DNA of 37,916 bases from Octopus bimaculoides (Eukaryota). Below, in pieces: positions 24,033 through 35,666 of this stretch; within the stretch, counting starts at the first letter, position 1, and each line of letters starts with the position of its first letter. Location: the NCBI RefSeq assembly GCF_001194135.2, contig NC_068982.1:125134906-125172821 (forward strand), in the 5' to 3' direction. The position numbers and the translations under genes are program-made. Below the pieces are notes generated by a model that worked only from the letters and a program-made list of their open reading frames with translations, had not been told where the DNA came from and did not search any database.

Positions 24033-24184
24033 GTAAGTATTCTTTTCGGTTTCCTTAACATATTGATAGAAGTCTCATTGCCAAGTAGTTATGGATCTAG
24101 ACAATTGGTTTTCAGAACATGAGTTTATTTAATCAAGTTTTACATGTATATTATTGATTGATAAAAGAACTGGAATTATGTAAT

Positions 24185-24345
24185 TGACAAGGGAACAGAA
24201 ATTATGAAATCAATAAACTAATGAAGTTGATTTGGTAATTCCTGTTCCCTTGTCATTCAGTAATTTATATTACACTCTGTACTTTAAAATATATGTATAT
24301 TGAGTTCTAACAACTGATTATTAGCATTGCCATTCCTAAGCAAAA
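24185..24345. mobile_element. Second family G fold-back element
   Basis: 29-bp inverted arms at 24185-24213 and 24227-24255 (3 mismatches). Tail shared with 14150-14250. Confidence 0.6.
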
Positions 24346-24359
24346 TTATGAAATATATG

Positions 24360-24755
24360 CATAGGCGCAGGAGTGGCTGTGTGGTAAGTAGCTTGCTTAC
24401 CAACTACATGGTTCTGGGTTCAGTCCCACTGCGTGACACCTTGGGCAAGTGTCTTCTACTATAGCCTCGGGCCGACCAAAGCCTTGTAAGTGGATTTGGT
24501 AGATGGAAACTGAAAGAAGCCCATCATGTATATATATATATGTGTGTGTTTGTGTATGTGTTTGTCTCCCAAACATCGCTTGACAACCGATGCTGGTGTG
24601 TTTACGTCCCCGTAACTTAGCAGTTCGGCAAAAGGGGCCGTTAGAATAAGTACTAGGCTTACAAAGAATAAGTCCTGAGGTTGATTTACTTGACTAAAGG
24701 CGGTGCTCCAGCATATCCGCAGTCAAATGACTGAAACAAGTAAAAGAGTAAGAGT
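24360..24755 (+). mobile_element. Family A CORE-like tRNA SINE (reference copy) with internal microsatellite
   Basis: A box TGGCTGTGTGG, B box GGTTCAGTCCC and CORE-like CCTTGGGCAAGTGTCTT, then (TA)/(TG), then a tail ending TGACTGAAACAAGTAAAAGAGTAAGAGT. Confidence 0.9.
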
Positions 24756-25299
24756 ATATATAGAAGATAACAAAGGTAGCCTCTCTGTTGCCACTTGGTT
24801 ATAGGTAGCTGCCAAATGTCCTTCAAATAACATAGTGTCCCTTGGCTAAACAACAATATAAACAAAGAATGCTCTCATGCCTTGGTTAGATAACTGCTGT
24901 CGGTAAAAGATAGATGTTCCCAGCAAATCATGAAAATGTCTCAATTTGCAGGGATTATCCAACTCATGTTGAATTTTGAAAATATTTTACAAACTTCAGC
25001 TAGAGTTTTCTAAAATGCTCACCTTTAACACATAAGACCTTTAGAGTTTCTGAAATTGGTGATTTTTGCTAAAGACTTAATAATTTGAAGAACAAAATAT
25101 GAAATAATTTATGAAAAAACAAAATGCAAAATTGTTTTGAATTGAACAATATTTATTGAAACAAGCTAAAAAAAAAAACAACTTTACCATCACTTGTTGT
25201 GTGAGTGTGACCTGGTGGCATGTACCACACTTTTGCTAATTGTTTTAGATGCTCGTGTAGTGATGAGTTGACTGGAAACCGTCTTATCCCTCTCACTCT

Positions 25300-25535
25300 T
25301 GATTCTGGGATTCAGTGGTGTGAGGGCCAAGATGGTGTCTATTGAGATTATAAAAGTTGGAAGAGGGAGAGGACTGTACTAGCGGTCAGCTAGTATTTAT
25401 TTTCTGCAGGGTAAGCTGGATCAACATGAAATGACATGCCTTGCTCAAGGCCTCAATGTATCACCCAGTCCAAGAATCGAACCCATACTTTATTAATGCT
25501 AGCTCATTAACCTAACCACTAGGTCATGCACCTAA
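25300..25535 (-). mobile_element. Family E SINE
   Basis: GAAATGACATGCCTTGCTCAAGG...AGAATCGAACCC...CCTAACCACTAGG. Confidence 0.7.
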
Positions 25536-26950
25536 TGAATTGTAAATACCTGTATACACCCAAAAAGCAAACCTGGGCACATTATCATTCAAACAAATCT
25601 TCATAAGTCAACAAGCAAGTCAGTGAGATAGCTTCTACATGGCTGCTCAGTTTGCTAGTTAAACCACTCTGAAATGACTCTCTATTGCCTTCGAAAAGAC
25701 AAAGTGGCAGGACAGGTATAATTGTAAATGTAGTTCTAGATGGGAGGGTCATAGCTGGAATGCCTTTGATCATAGGCCAGTGATGACTTGCTGTCAAACA
25801 ACAGCAATTTTATTACAGAATTAAATTTTTAAAACACTTCTACAGACAGAAAACAAATTCCTTTAAATGACCGTATAGGAAGTCTGTATTTCACACTGTT
25901 GCTTTTAAAACTACAGTATACACCTTACCAGGATATATTCTTTTGATAAAGAATATAAAGATTCGAAACTTTTTTGATATTTGGACAGTGAAAAAACAAT
26001 TTAGATTTTATTTTGATTTTAGTGTCAAAACATTTTTTATATAAAATTATTATTGCAATAAAGATTGATGTAACTCTTCACAAAGGTAAATAGACAATAA
26101 GAAGAGTGTGATGTGATTTGCAACAGATTGTTTATTTAAGAGTTTGAACAATATTTCAACAGATCATCTGTCTTCAGGTTCAAAATGTAAAATGGGAAAA
26201 ACTGCAGAAACACAGAAACTTAAAATACAAAAGAAGAAATCCTGCGTTCTTATTTAGATAAAATTACATCATCAGTTTTCATTTTCATAACTGGTAAAAG
26301 GAAGAAAGAAAAAGCATAAGAAAAAGAATACTTTGTCGAGCAGTTTTGTGTTAATGTGATGAAATTCGCCTGTCATTTTATTCATTCTTCCTAGGCATTT
26401 GTCCTCGTGCATTTTTAGAACTGAAAGTGTAGTAGAATCAGAATATTTTCTGAGAATGTGCACTCTCAGGTGTTCCTCAAAGTTGCAGCCGTTTGATGTA
26501 AAATGTTCAGCAAGTTCTGTTGATCTAGTGCTATCATGCCTGATGTCACAGCTATGCCCATTGAATCTTTTATTTAATTGTTCTGTTGTACAACCAGCAT
26601 AAATCGTGTTTGGTGTATTCTATTGCATATACCAAATGGGAATCTTTACATATCCCATCTTCTGTATAAATCATAACATTTCTGTTATGATTTGTGATGG
26701 AATTGACTTAAATCAAGTTGTGTTTGGTGCATTCCGCTATGTACACCAAATGACATGCCTTGCTCAAGGTCTCAATGTATCACCCAGTCCAAGAATTGAA
26801 CCCATACTTTATTAATGCTAGCTCATTAACCTAACCACTAGGTCATGCACCTAATTAATTGTAAATACCTGTTTACACCCAAAAAGCAAACCTGGGCACA
26901 TTATCATTCAAGGAAATCTTCATAAGTCAACAAGCAAGTCAGTGGGATAG
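25429..26950 (+). repeat. ~200-bp direct duplication (25429-25631 copied at 26748-26950)
   Basis: Near-identical sequence that includes non-SINE flank (ACCCAAAAAGCAAACCTGGGCACATTATCATTCAA). Confidence 0.92.
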
Positions 26951-27339
26951 GAATCTGTACACATCCCATCTTCTGTATAAATCATAACATTTCTGTTATG
27001 GATTGTGATGAAATTGACTTTGCTCATGTTGTTGTACCTTGAACAGGGCTTACCTTGCTTGTGGTTGTTTTTTTGAGATGTAGTGTTCAGAAGCTCTCTT
27101 TGAATTTCGTTTTCATCCTTTTCTCCCATTCCATACTTGATTACCTGTTCCTTATTCACTGTCTTTAATAATTTCTCAGTGTTGTTCTGTAAATATTATT
27201 TTCATTGGTATTATTATAATTGTGATTATTATAATTCAGTTGGAGAAGAATAAGGGTGGTGCTGTGTCCAAAACAGGCCCTCTCATCACATGAGATTGGT
27301 GTTCAGCTTGAGCATGCTGCAAATTGGTGCCTATCAGTA

Positions 27340-27990
27340 GAGAGGGAGTTCCAAGAAGCTACAGCTTGATGTAGGAAGGAAGGAAGGAATGAGCAAAGTG
27401 TTTAGTGTGTGATTTAAGGGCTAGAACACACTAAGGATATTATCTTTGCAGAGATCTTAATAGTTTCCAATATATTCTCTTGAAGAATTTCAGCTTGGTG
27501 CATAGTCTGTTGTATTAGCTTCTTGCTGTTCAGGTCTATGACGTCAGACATACATCCCGACCTAATTAATTGCTCTATGACACATTGATCTACAACCAGT
27601 TAATTGTTCTATGTCTAAGAAAGTAAAACAAAACACAGTACAGTTTGTTGAGAAACTAAACTGCCTTGTAGAAATGTATTGGTTTTTTTCAGAAGGTAAT
27701 GTTGCTCTTACTTTGTAGATGATAAGTGCTAGTTCCTTACAGCTTTTCTGCAGGATTTTGGCTGAAATTTGATCGAAACCAGTAGCTTCGTTTAAACTTT
27801 GAATGTAATATCTTAATGGGGGTCTCAACTGTGCACATCTACTGAATCATCTCTCAGCCAAATTTTCCCAGCCATGTAGGAAATATGTCTACAGTTATCC
27901 AGGAATTCTTGCTGTTTTTATAGGTCACCAGGAGTGTCTTCCCACAGAAGAATTTAGATTTTTCACTCCCCATGATCACTTGCAGTTATC
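27340..27990 (-). mobile_element. Heavily degraded LINE ORF2 remnant
   Basis: LNEATGFDQISAKILQKSCKELA resembles the K(A/S).GPD.I...L...ELA motif upstream of RT. A WNSL-like tail lies near 27350. Confidence 0.45.
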
Positions 27991-28004
27991 TTTTGTCACT
28001 TCTG

Positions 28005-28128
28005 TGAAGATGTGTGGCTTAGTGGTTAAGGTGTTGCACTCTTAATTGCTAGATTGTGGGTTCGTTTCCTGGCCTGGGTGGTATGTTGTGTTCTTGAGTA
28101 AAACACTTCATTTCACATTGCTCTAGTG
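28005..28128 (+). mobile_element. Family E SINE head
   Basis: TGGCTTAGTGGTTAAGG (A box), GGTTCGTTTCC (B box), CTTGAGTAAAACACTTCATTTCACATTGCTC. Confidence 0.75.
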
Positions 28129-28999
28129 CTGTGTGGAGACCGGCACGTTAAAGAGACCCGACATTTCCTCTGTGTGTTGTAAAAGGTAGCTACAAAGAGC
28201 TACCTTAAGGTAGGATTTGCACTCTGACCTTGTAAAACCTTCTCCAGCAACAGCTACCCAAACAGACTCCATTGAGTGGAGGGCTGTTACCTGAGTAATA
28301 CAAAGGTATCACCTGCAAAGAATAAGGAATCACCAACAAATGGTTGATGCAGTGATGCACTGTTACATACTACTCCTTGACATACTGGAAGCTTCCCAAA
28401 CCCTTTCATAATTGTCACTTTTTCTCTTTTCTTTTTTCTTTATTCCAATTTCCTTGTTTCCGTTGTCCTGGACATCTGATCTAGAAAGTTACTTTATATG
28501 TCAATTTATTGTACAAAGTCTTAATGCTGAACAGTTCAGTGTTTTTAAAAGTTACGGAACAAACAAAATTATGCAATTATCCAGTCAACAATTAAGCAAT
28601 ACTGACTTTGTTTTCCTATCCCTGTGCAATGTTAATACTGTCTGATAACAAAATATGCAAGTTATGTTATTTGAAGGTTGTCTTGTTATGAATTAACCAC
28701 AGTACTATTGTTAAATTCAGGAATATGTGTATGTATGAGAGGAGTGTTTGGATTGTTTGTTTGTTTAGTGCCTGTTTTTTTAATGCTAGCTTAATTTGGA
28801 CAGGAACATATTTAAGGCAGGATTTTTTTCTACTAGATGGTGCTCTTCCACTCTTTACTTGTTTTTTAAGTAAGGGAGGTTTTTTTTTTCTTTTTTCTCT
28901 ATTTTGAAGGTCATTGAAAGTTGAGAGTGACTGGTCATAATATCAACAAAAAATGTTAACCTCAAATCACCATGGGATATCAACATTTATACATGCACA

Positions 29000-29185
29000 T
29001 TCTGTTCACTTTTACATGTTTTTCCTTGCTAGCATGGGTTAGGTGAATATATCACTGAGGCATTGTTTTACAGCAGGATCCCCTTCCAGTCGCTCACCCT
29101 CACGTTTCTCTTATTTCATACATCTTCAAAAGTACAAAGCCCCTTGTTGAAGGACGAATGAAAACATCATTGCCAGTACAGCTTA

Positions 29186-29219
<34 letters not shown>

Positions 29220-29522
29220 CAGGCATTCGTTTTAGCCTGCAGAAGAAGACATTTGCTGAATGTGCTGCATGATGGGACTGAACTTGAAACCATGTGGTTG
29301 CAGTGATTACATATTGAACTTTCTTCATAAATATCCCAATATGTTTAATATAATGTGCTGGTGCCACAAATAAGAGTGTCCAATAGAATAAGTAAAGTGG
29401 ATGGTATTAGAAAGGTCATCCAGCTCTGTAGAAACCATGGCAAAGCAGACATTGGAACCTAACATTGTCCAGCCCATCCTAGCATGGAAGACAGATGTTA
29501 AAAGGCGATGGTGATGATGCAA
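29000..29522. mobile_element. SINE cluster: C variant (minus), A head with (CA)n (minus, 29165-29320), C (plus, 29352-29522)
   Basis: Shared family motifs. Confidence 0.65.
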
Positions 29523-29747
29523 TTAAAGATTTACACTTGTTTGGACATAAACAATTTTCAAGAGATTAACTTTTCAAAGTTACTGGAGCAGCTTCAGTTA
29601 TTTGTTTTACCACAGTCTTAGACTTGGAATGAAATGAGATAGAAATTAAAATCTCAATCATTTTGATAGTGAATTTAAGTCTTAATCACATTAAATTCAC
29701 TATTTTGCTCTGTAAAATGTCTTAAAGTCACTTAGTAAAAAATTTCA

Positions 29748-29855
29748 TATATACATTTATCATATATCATTTATATACATTTATCATATATCATTTATAT
29801 ACATTTATCATATATCATTTATATGCATTTATCATATATCATTATAAATATCATA
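29748..29855. repeat. 24-bp minisatellite ATATACATTTATCATATATCATTT, about 4 copies
   Basis: Directly visible, ~50 bp upstream of the acceptor at 29908. Confidence 0.9.
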
Positions 29856-29907
29856 TATACATTTACCTTTGTTTAAAACAAATGTTTTTTTTGTTTTTTT
29901 TCTCCAG

Positions 29908-30042
29908 TTCAAATCTGACAACAAGCTTTTGTGTAAATTACCTAAAAAATGTATCTGGTTATGCTACCAATATTAGTGGAATAAAAGACCCATCACTGGG
30001 TTACATTGCCAGTATGAAACCAACTCTTAAAAGCATTCAAAT
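29908..30042 (+). CDS. QSOX: QSOX internal exon (Trx2 end and linker), 135 nt, phase 2-2
   Basis: Long T tract + CTCCAG acceptor, AT|GTAAGC donor. Encodes SNLTTSFCVNYLKNVSGYATNISGIKDPSLGYIASMKPTLKSIQ (compare QSOX SF...YL...SG). Phases fit both neighbours. Confidence 0.85.
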
Positions 30043-30169
30043 GTAAGCTGATTTTTATAATTTCTATATCTCTCTTCTTTTTTCTATTCGTGTGTGTGTG
30101 AAAGAAATTATTAATAGTTGTTTTTTAATTAACACTGTTGGTGTGTTTTTAACTTAATATTCATTTGTA

Positions 30170-30970
30170 TAAAAGTGGTGAGCGGGCAGAATCATTAACA
30201 CACAGGGAAAAATGCCTACAGCATTTCATCCATCTTCACATTCTGAACTGAAATTCCACTGAGGTCAGCTTTGTCTTTCATCATTTTAGGGTTGATAAAA
30301 GAGGTACCAGTTGAACACTGGGTTGATGTAAGCAACTTACCGCCTCCCCTGAAGTTCCTGCCTTATGCCAAAATTTGAAACCAGCATTAATTTGTATAAA
30401 GCAGTGTTTCTCAACCTTTTTACCCTTGCATAACATTGCATGTCTCAAGGAACCTCTGCACAAAAACAATTATGTACCATATTTTTCTCATTTTTTTCAT
30501 CATAGTTCACGTGGTAAATATCATATATATTTATATATATATATATGTCTATATGGTTGTTTTTTGATAACATAATTGGTTAGACAGGATGATGTCTATA
30601 TTACAGTAACTAATAATATGTTGTGCATGTATAGTAATACTACAATCATGAAATTAGCATTAGCTTACTCTTTCTTGTGGAACCCTGGTTGAGAAATGCT
30701 GGTATAAAGCTATACTTTTTTATCAGGAGTTTCTATTTTCTTTTGTATTTTTTATACAATAATTCTTCGTACTGTAGGTACAAGGCCTGAAATTTTTGTG
30801 GGAGAGGGTCAGTTGGTTACATTGCCCCTAGTGCTTGACTGGTACTTATCTTATCAACCCCAATAGGATGAAAAGCAAAGTTGACCTTGACAGAAGTTGA
30901 ACTCAAAATGTAAAGAGTTAGAAGAAAAGCCACTTAGAATTTTATCTAGTGCGGTAGCAATTTTGCACCT
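30170..30970. mobile_element. Two family B SINEs (30170-30385 plus, 30770-30970 minus)
   Basis: Shared B-family motifs in opposite orientations. Confidence 0.75.
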
Positions 30971-31230
30971 CACTAGGTGAGGGCTCCTGCTTTTGGTGGT
31001 CAGGGTAATCATGGATCTGTGGGCTTCCCTGACTGGCCCTAAATAAGAGGTACTCCTGCATTAAGAGGGCCACATCATTCATGTGTTCTCATACTTCATG
31101 CACTATGTATACTTTTATCACCTTTCTTTTTCCTTTCTTTCCCCTTATCTTTTATGTAAACACAAATTATAAACTGTCCTTATGTCTCCCTCTTCTGATG
31201 TTCCTGTGTGGCAAACAAAAGAAATCACTA

Positions 31231-31232
<2 letters not shown>

Positions 31233-31264
<32 letters not shown>

Positions 31265-31720
31265 AATAAAAAGGATTGAGGTAACTCCTCCTGAAGATAT
31301 AGAGTCAAAGTTACCTCAATCCTTTTTATTTTAACCAAAATGAAGTAGATTGACAAATTTATTTTTTGAACCAGTTGAAGACACACGAGATGTCGAAATA
31401 TCGTTCACCAGATAACAAATGGCACTCTTCTTTTAATTTTGATATTATTATTATTATTATTATTATTATTAANNNNNNNNNNNNNNNNNNNNNNNNNNNN
31501 NNNNNATTATTAAAATAAAAAGGATTGAGGTAACTCCTCCTGAAGATATAGAGTCAAAGTTACCTCAATCCTTTTTATTTTAACCAAAATGAAGTAGATT
31601 GACAAATTTATTTTTTGAACCAGTTGAAGACACACGAGATGTCGAAATATCGTTCACCAGATAACAAATGGCACTCTTCTTTTAATTTTGATATTATTAT
31701 TATTATTATTATTATTATTA
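31233..31720. repeat. Identical ~190-bp tandem duplicate flanking a 33-N gap, bounded by (ATT)n
   Basis: 31261-31447 equals 31510-31696. Confidence 0.9.
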
Positions 31721-32007
31721 AGGTGACAAGCTGGCAGAGTCGTTAGCATGCTGGACAGAATGCTTAGTGGTATTTCGCCCATCACTACATTCTGAGTTCA
31801 AATTCTGCTGAGGTTGACTTTACCTTTCAGCCTTTCAGGGTCAATAAATTAAGTACCAGTGAAACACTGAGGTTGATGTAATCAACTAGTCTCCTCCCAC
31901 CAAATTTCAGGCCTTGTGCCTTCAGTAGAAAGAATAATTATTATTATTATTATTATAATTATTATTATTATTATTATCATTATTAATACCATTATTATTA
32001 TTATTAT

Positions 32008-32050
<43 letters not shown>
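31720..32050 (+). mobile_element. Family B SINE with (TAT)n/(TAG)n tail
   Basis: AAGGTGACAAGCTGGCAG...GCCTTGTGCCTTCAGTAGAAAG, then microsatellite. Confidence 0.85.
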
Positions 32051-32051
<1 letters not shown>

Positions 32052-32385
32052 TCTTCCTCATTATATTTCGGTCAGAAGGGATTGTAATGTCTATCAGTAT
32101 GCATGTTTTGTTTGAGTTTTTGTTTTTCCAGTCCTTGATTATTTTGTCCAGATGTTTTGCTTTGGTCACTATGTTTGGATGTGCACATCCCAGATTATTG
32201 TGGCCAGGTCATTTCCATGTACCTTGTTTGGTACACATTTATACCACTCCTTGTCTGTTTACACATTGAAGCGTTGACATATTGTTCCATGGACATACCT
32301 GTCAACTCAGTTGTGCCTGTGTATACACAAGGGGGCAAAAGAAGGTACACAGGTGCTTAAAATGAGTGGAATGTTCTTTTCATTT
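32051..32385 (-). pseudogene. Fragment of a restriction-like-endonuclease non-LTR retrotransposon (R2/R4/NeSL-type C-terminus)
   Basis: Minus strand reads IPLILSTC...HRHN*VDRYVHGTICQRFNV*TDKEWYK..P.KV..ND..TIIWDVHIQT, then after a frameshift HLDKIIKD...KTCILIDITIPSDRNI. This covers the zinc-knuckle region and the PD-(D/E)xK region. Confidence 0.75.
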
Positions 32386-32389
32386 ACTC

Positions 32390-33245
<856 letters not shown>

Positions 33246-33548
33246 CTGATGTTGGTCTTGAGTAGTTAAATTCAGTCTTTTGAATTCTGTTTTTTTATTT
33301 CAGAGCTTTTAAGCCATTGTTAGCTCTAATATTGGATTGTTGCTTCTGTTTTGAGCCTTGCTGGATTTTGGCTATCAAGTGTTTTTTCTCTCCACTTCTT
33401 TAGTATGTTAGTTGTTGTTTTTATTATTATCATCATTGTTATTATTAGTTTTTTGAATAAAAATTTATTTGTTTCCGGTGGGAATTATGCACCTGATACA
33501 AAACTTACTTAACATGTTCTTAAATAAATCTATTTTCTTTGTCGTCAG

Positions 33549-33684
33549 AAACAAGCCAGCTGCTCACATGCAGGATCTACTCTCAGGAATCCATTATATG
33601 TTTCAGCAGGAGATTGCAATTCGAAAAAATATTAAAGGCAAATCATTAAAATCACTTCAAAATTTCATTGAAGTTTTGTCCAAG
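33549..33684 (+). CDS. QSOX: QSOX internal exon (helix-rich region), 136 nt, phase 2-0
   Basis: GTCAG acceptor, AAG|GTATAT donor. Encodes NKPAAHMQDLLSGIHYMFQQEIAIRKNIKGKSLKSLQNFIEVLSK, matching QSOX M.DL.S.LHY....E.......G..L..L..F..VL.K. Confidence 0.93.
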
Positions 33685-33919
33685 GTATATATTTCAAATA
33701 TTTGTAATTAAAGAAGAAGAAAAATAAAAAAATATTCCTAGCTTATTTCTGCTCATTTACAGTATTGTAGCAACTGAGTTTTAAAAGCTTGCAATGTGTT
33801 AGTGAAAATCTCCTTGAATGCTAAAATGTGATATGTTCCTCAATATTGATACTTTGAACATTATCTTCAAAATAACTAATCAGAAACAGTTTGATATGCA
33901 AATATACCATCAGAATATT

Positions 33920-34160
33920 TGTCATCATCATTTCCATGCTTGTATGGGTCAGGTGGAGTTTATTGAGGCAGATATTTTCTACGGCCAAATGCTTTTCCTG
34001 TCACCCACCCTCACCTATTTCCATGCAAGGTAATATTTCCCCATGACCAGACGTGGTCTCACAGAATACTGGAAATGACTGACACTGCTTTTATGGCAGT
34101 GACAATCAATTTTACAATCATCACATGATGTCAAGACAAGGAGACACACACACAGTTTTT

Positions 34161-34234
<74 letters not shown>
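33920..34234 (-). mobile_element. Composite SINE tail (C variant) with (CA)n, running into an N gap
   Basis: Matches 3975-4200. Confidence 0.65.
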
Positions 34235-34866
34235 NNNNNNNNNNNNNNNNNNNNNNNNNNNNNNNNNNNNNNNNNNNNNNNNNNNNNNNNNNNNNNNNNN
34301 NNNNNNNNNNNNNNNNNNNNNNNNNNNNNNNNNNNNNNNNNNNNNNNNNNNNNNNNNNNNNNNNNNNNNNNNNNNNNNNNNNNNNNNNNNNNNNNNNNNN
34401 NNNNNNNNNNNNNNNNNNNNNNNNNNNNNNNNNNNNNNNNNNNNNNNNNNNNNNNNNNNNNNNNNNNNNNNNNNNNNNNNNNNNNNNNNNNNNNNNNNNN
34501 NNNNNNNNNNNNNNNNNNNNNNNNNNNNNNNNNNNNNNNNNNNNNNNNNNNNNNNNNNNNNNNNNNNNNNNNNNNNNNNNNNNNNNNNNNNNNNNNNNNN
34601 NNNNNNNNNNNNNNNNNNNNNNNNNNNNNNNNNNNNNNNNNNNNNNNNNNNNNNNNNNNNNNNNNNNNNNNNNNNNNNNNNNNNNNNNNNNNNNNNNNNN
34701 NNNNNNNNNNNNNNNNNNNNNNNNNNNNNNNNNNNNNNNNNNNNNNNNNNNNNNNNNNNNNNNNNNNNNNNNNNNNNNNNNNNNNNNNNNNNNNNNNNNN
34801 NNNNNNNNNNNNNNNNNNNNNNNNNNNNNNNNNNNNNNNNNNNNNNNNNNNNNNNNNNNNNNNNNN

Positions 34867-35215
34867 NCACTCACTCTCTCTTTCCTTCACTCACTCTTTC
34901 TTTCCTTCACTCACTCTCTCTTTCCTTCACTCACTCTCTCTCGCCCTCACTCACTATCTCTTGCCCTCACTCTCTCTCGCTTGCCCTCACTCTCTCTCGC
35001 TTGCCCTCACTCTCTCTCGCTTGCCCTCACTCACTCTCTCTTGCCCTCACTCTCCTACACTTGCCCTCACTCTCCTACACTTGCCCTCACTCTCCTACAC
35101 TTGTCCTCACTCTCCTACACTTGTCCTCACTCTCCTACACTTGTCCTCACTCACACTCACCCTCACTCTCCTACACTTGCCCTCACTCACACTCACACCT
35201 ATTTGCCCTCACTCA
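34867..35215. repeat. 20-bp pyrimidine-rich minisatellite with graded unit variants
   Basis: Units such as TTGCCCTCACTCTCTCTCGC, TTGCCCTCACTCTCCTACAC and TTGTCCTCACTCTCCTACAC. Confidence 0.92.
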
Positions 35216-35549
35216 CTCGCATGTATGTATATGTGTGTTAGAGTTAGTTCATATTTGCCTCATGTCTGTTGATTTATAAACAATGTCTTTTTGACATTGT
35301 CATTTGCTTGCAGGCTACCATAAAAACACATGCAGACTGTTTTATGTTCAATAGCCTGAGATTTCCTCACTTAGAAACTAATTGAGTTGGGTAGTAAACA
35401 GGAAGGACATCCAGCTGTAGGAAAATGAAAGTTTCTATCCCCAGCAAACTCTTGTCTGACCTATGCAAGTATAGAAAAGTAGACAGTAAATAAATGATGA
35501 TGTTGATGACAAAGAATAAATTTTTCTTTTTTTTCTTTACTTCTGACAG

Positions 35550-35666
35550 TACTTTCCTAGTGAAACATCAGTTTCAATTTACCTGAGTAAGGTCAATTCT
35601 TGGCTTTCAACAATCCAATATTCCATCACTGGTAAATCTTGGCTAGAAAAAATTGACTCTCTACAG
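35550..35666 (+). CDS. QSOX: QSOX internal exon (helix-rich region), 117 nt, phase 0-0
   Basis: Long polypyrimidine tract + GACAG acceptor, CAG|GTAAGT donor. Encodes YFPSETSVSIYLSKVNSWLSTIQYSITGKSWLEKIDSLQ (QSOX YFP......L..VN.WL). Confidence 0.92.

Noticed and set aside
25261-25283. TGATGAG-TTGACTG-GAAAC-CGTC as a hammerhead core
   Set aside because: C3 is missing, stem II cannot close and no stem I was found. It may be chance.
25395-25416. TTTCTGCAG-G-GTAAG as a ratchet point or microexon
   Set aside because: The extra G breaks the AG|GT motif and the site lies inside an antisense SINE.
26920-27159. Minus-strand 79-aa ORF as a retroelement or gene fragment
   Set aside because: No recognisable motif, and it partly overlaps the local duplication.
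31882-32269. Poly-Leu/Ile/Ser ORFs resembling membrane proteins
   Set aside because: Translations of (TAT)n/(TAG)n. Only the DITIPSD part is meaningful, and it is reported as a retroelement relic.
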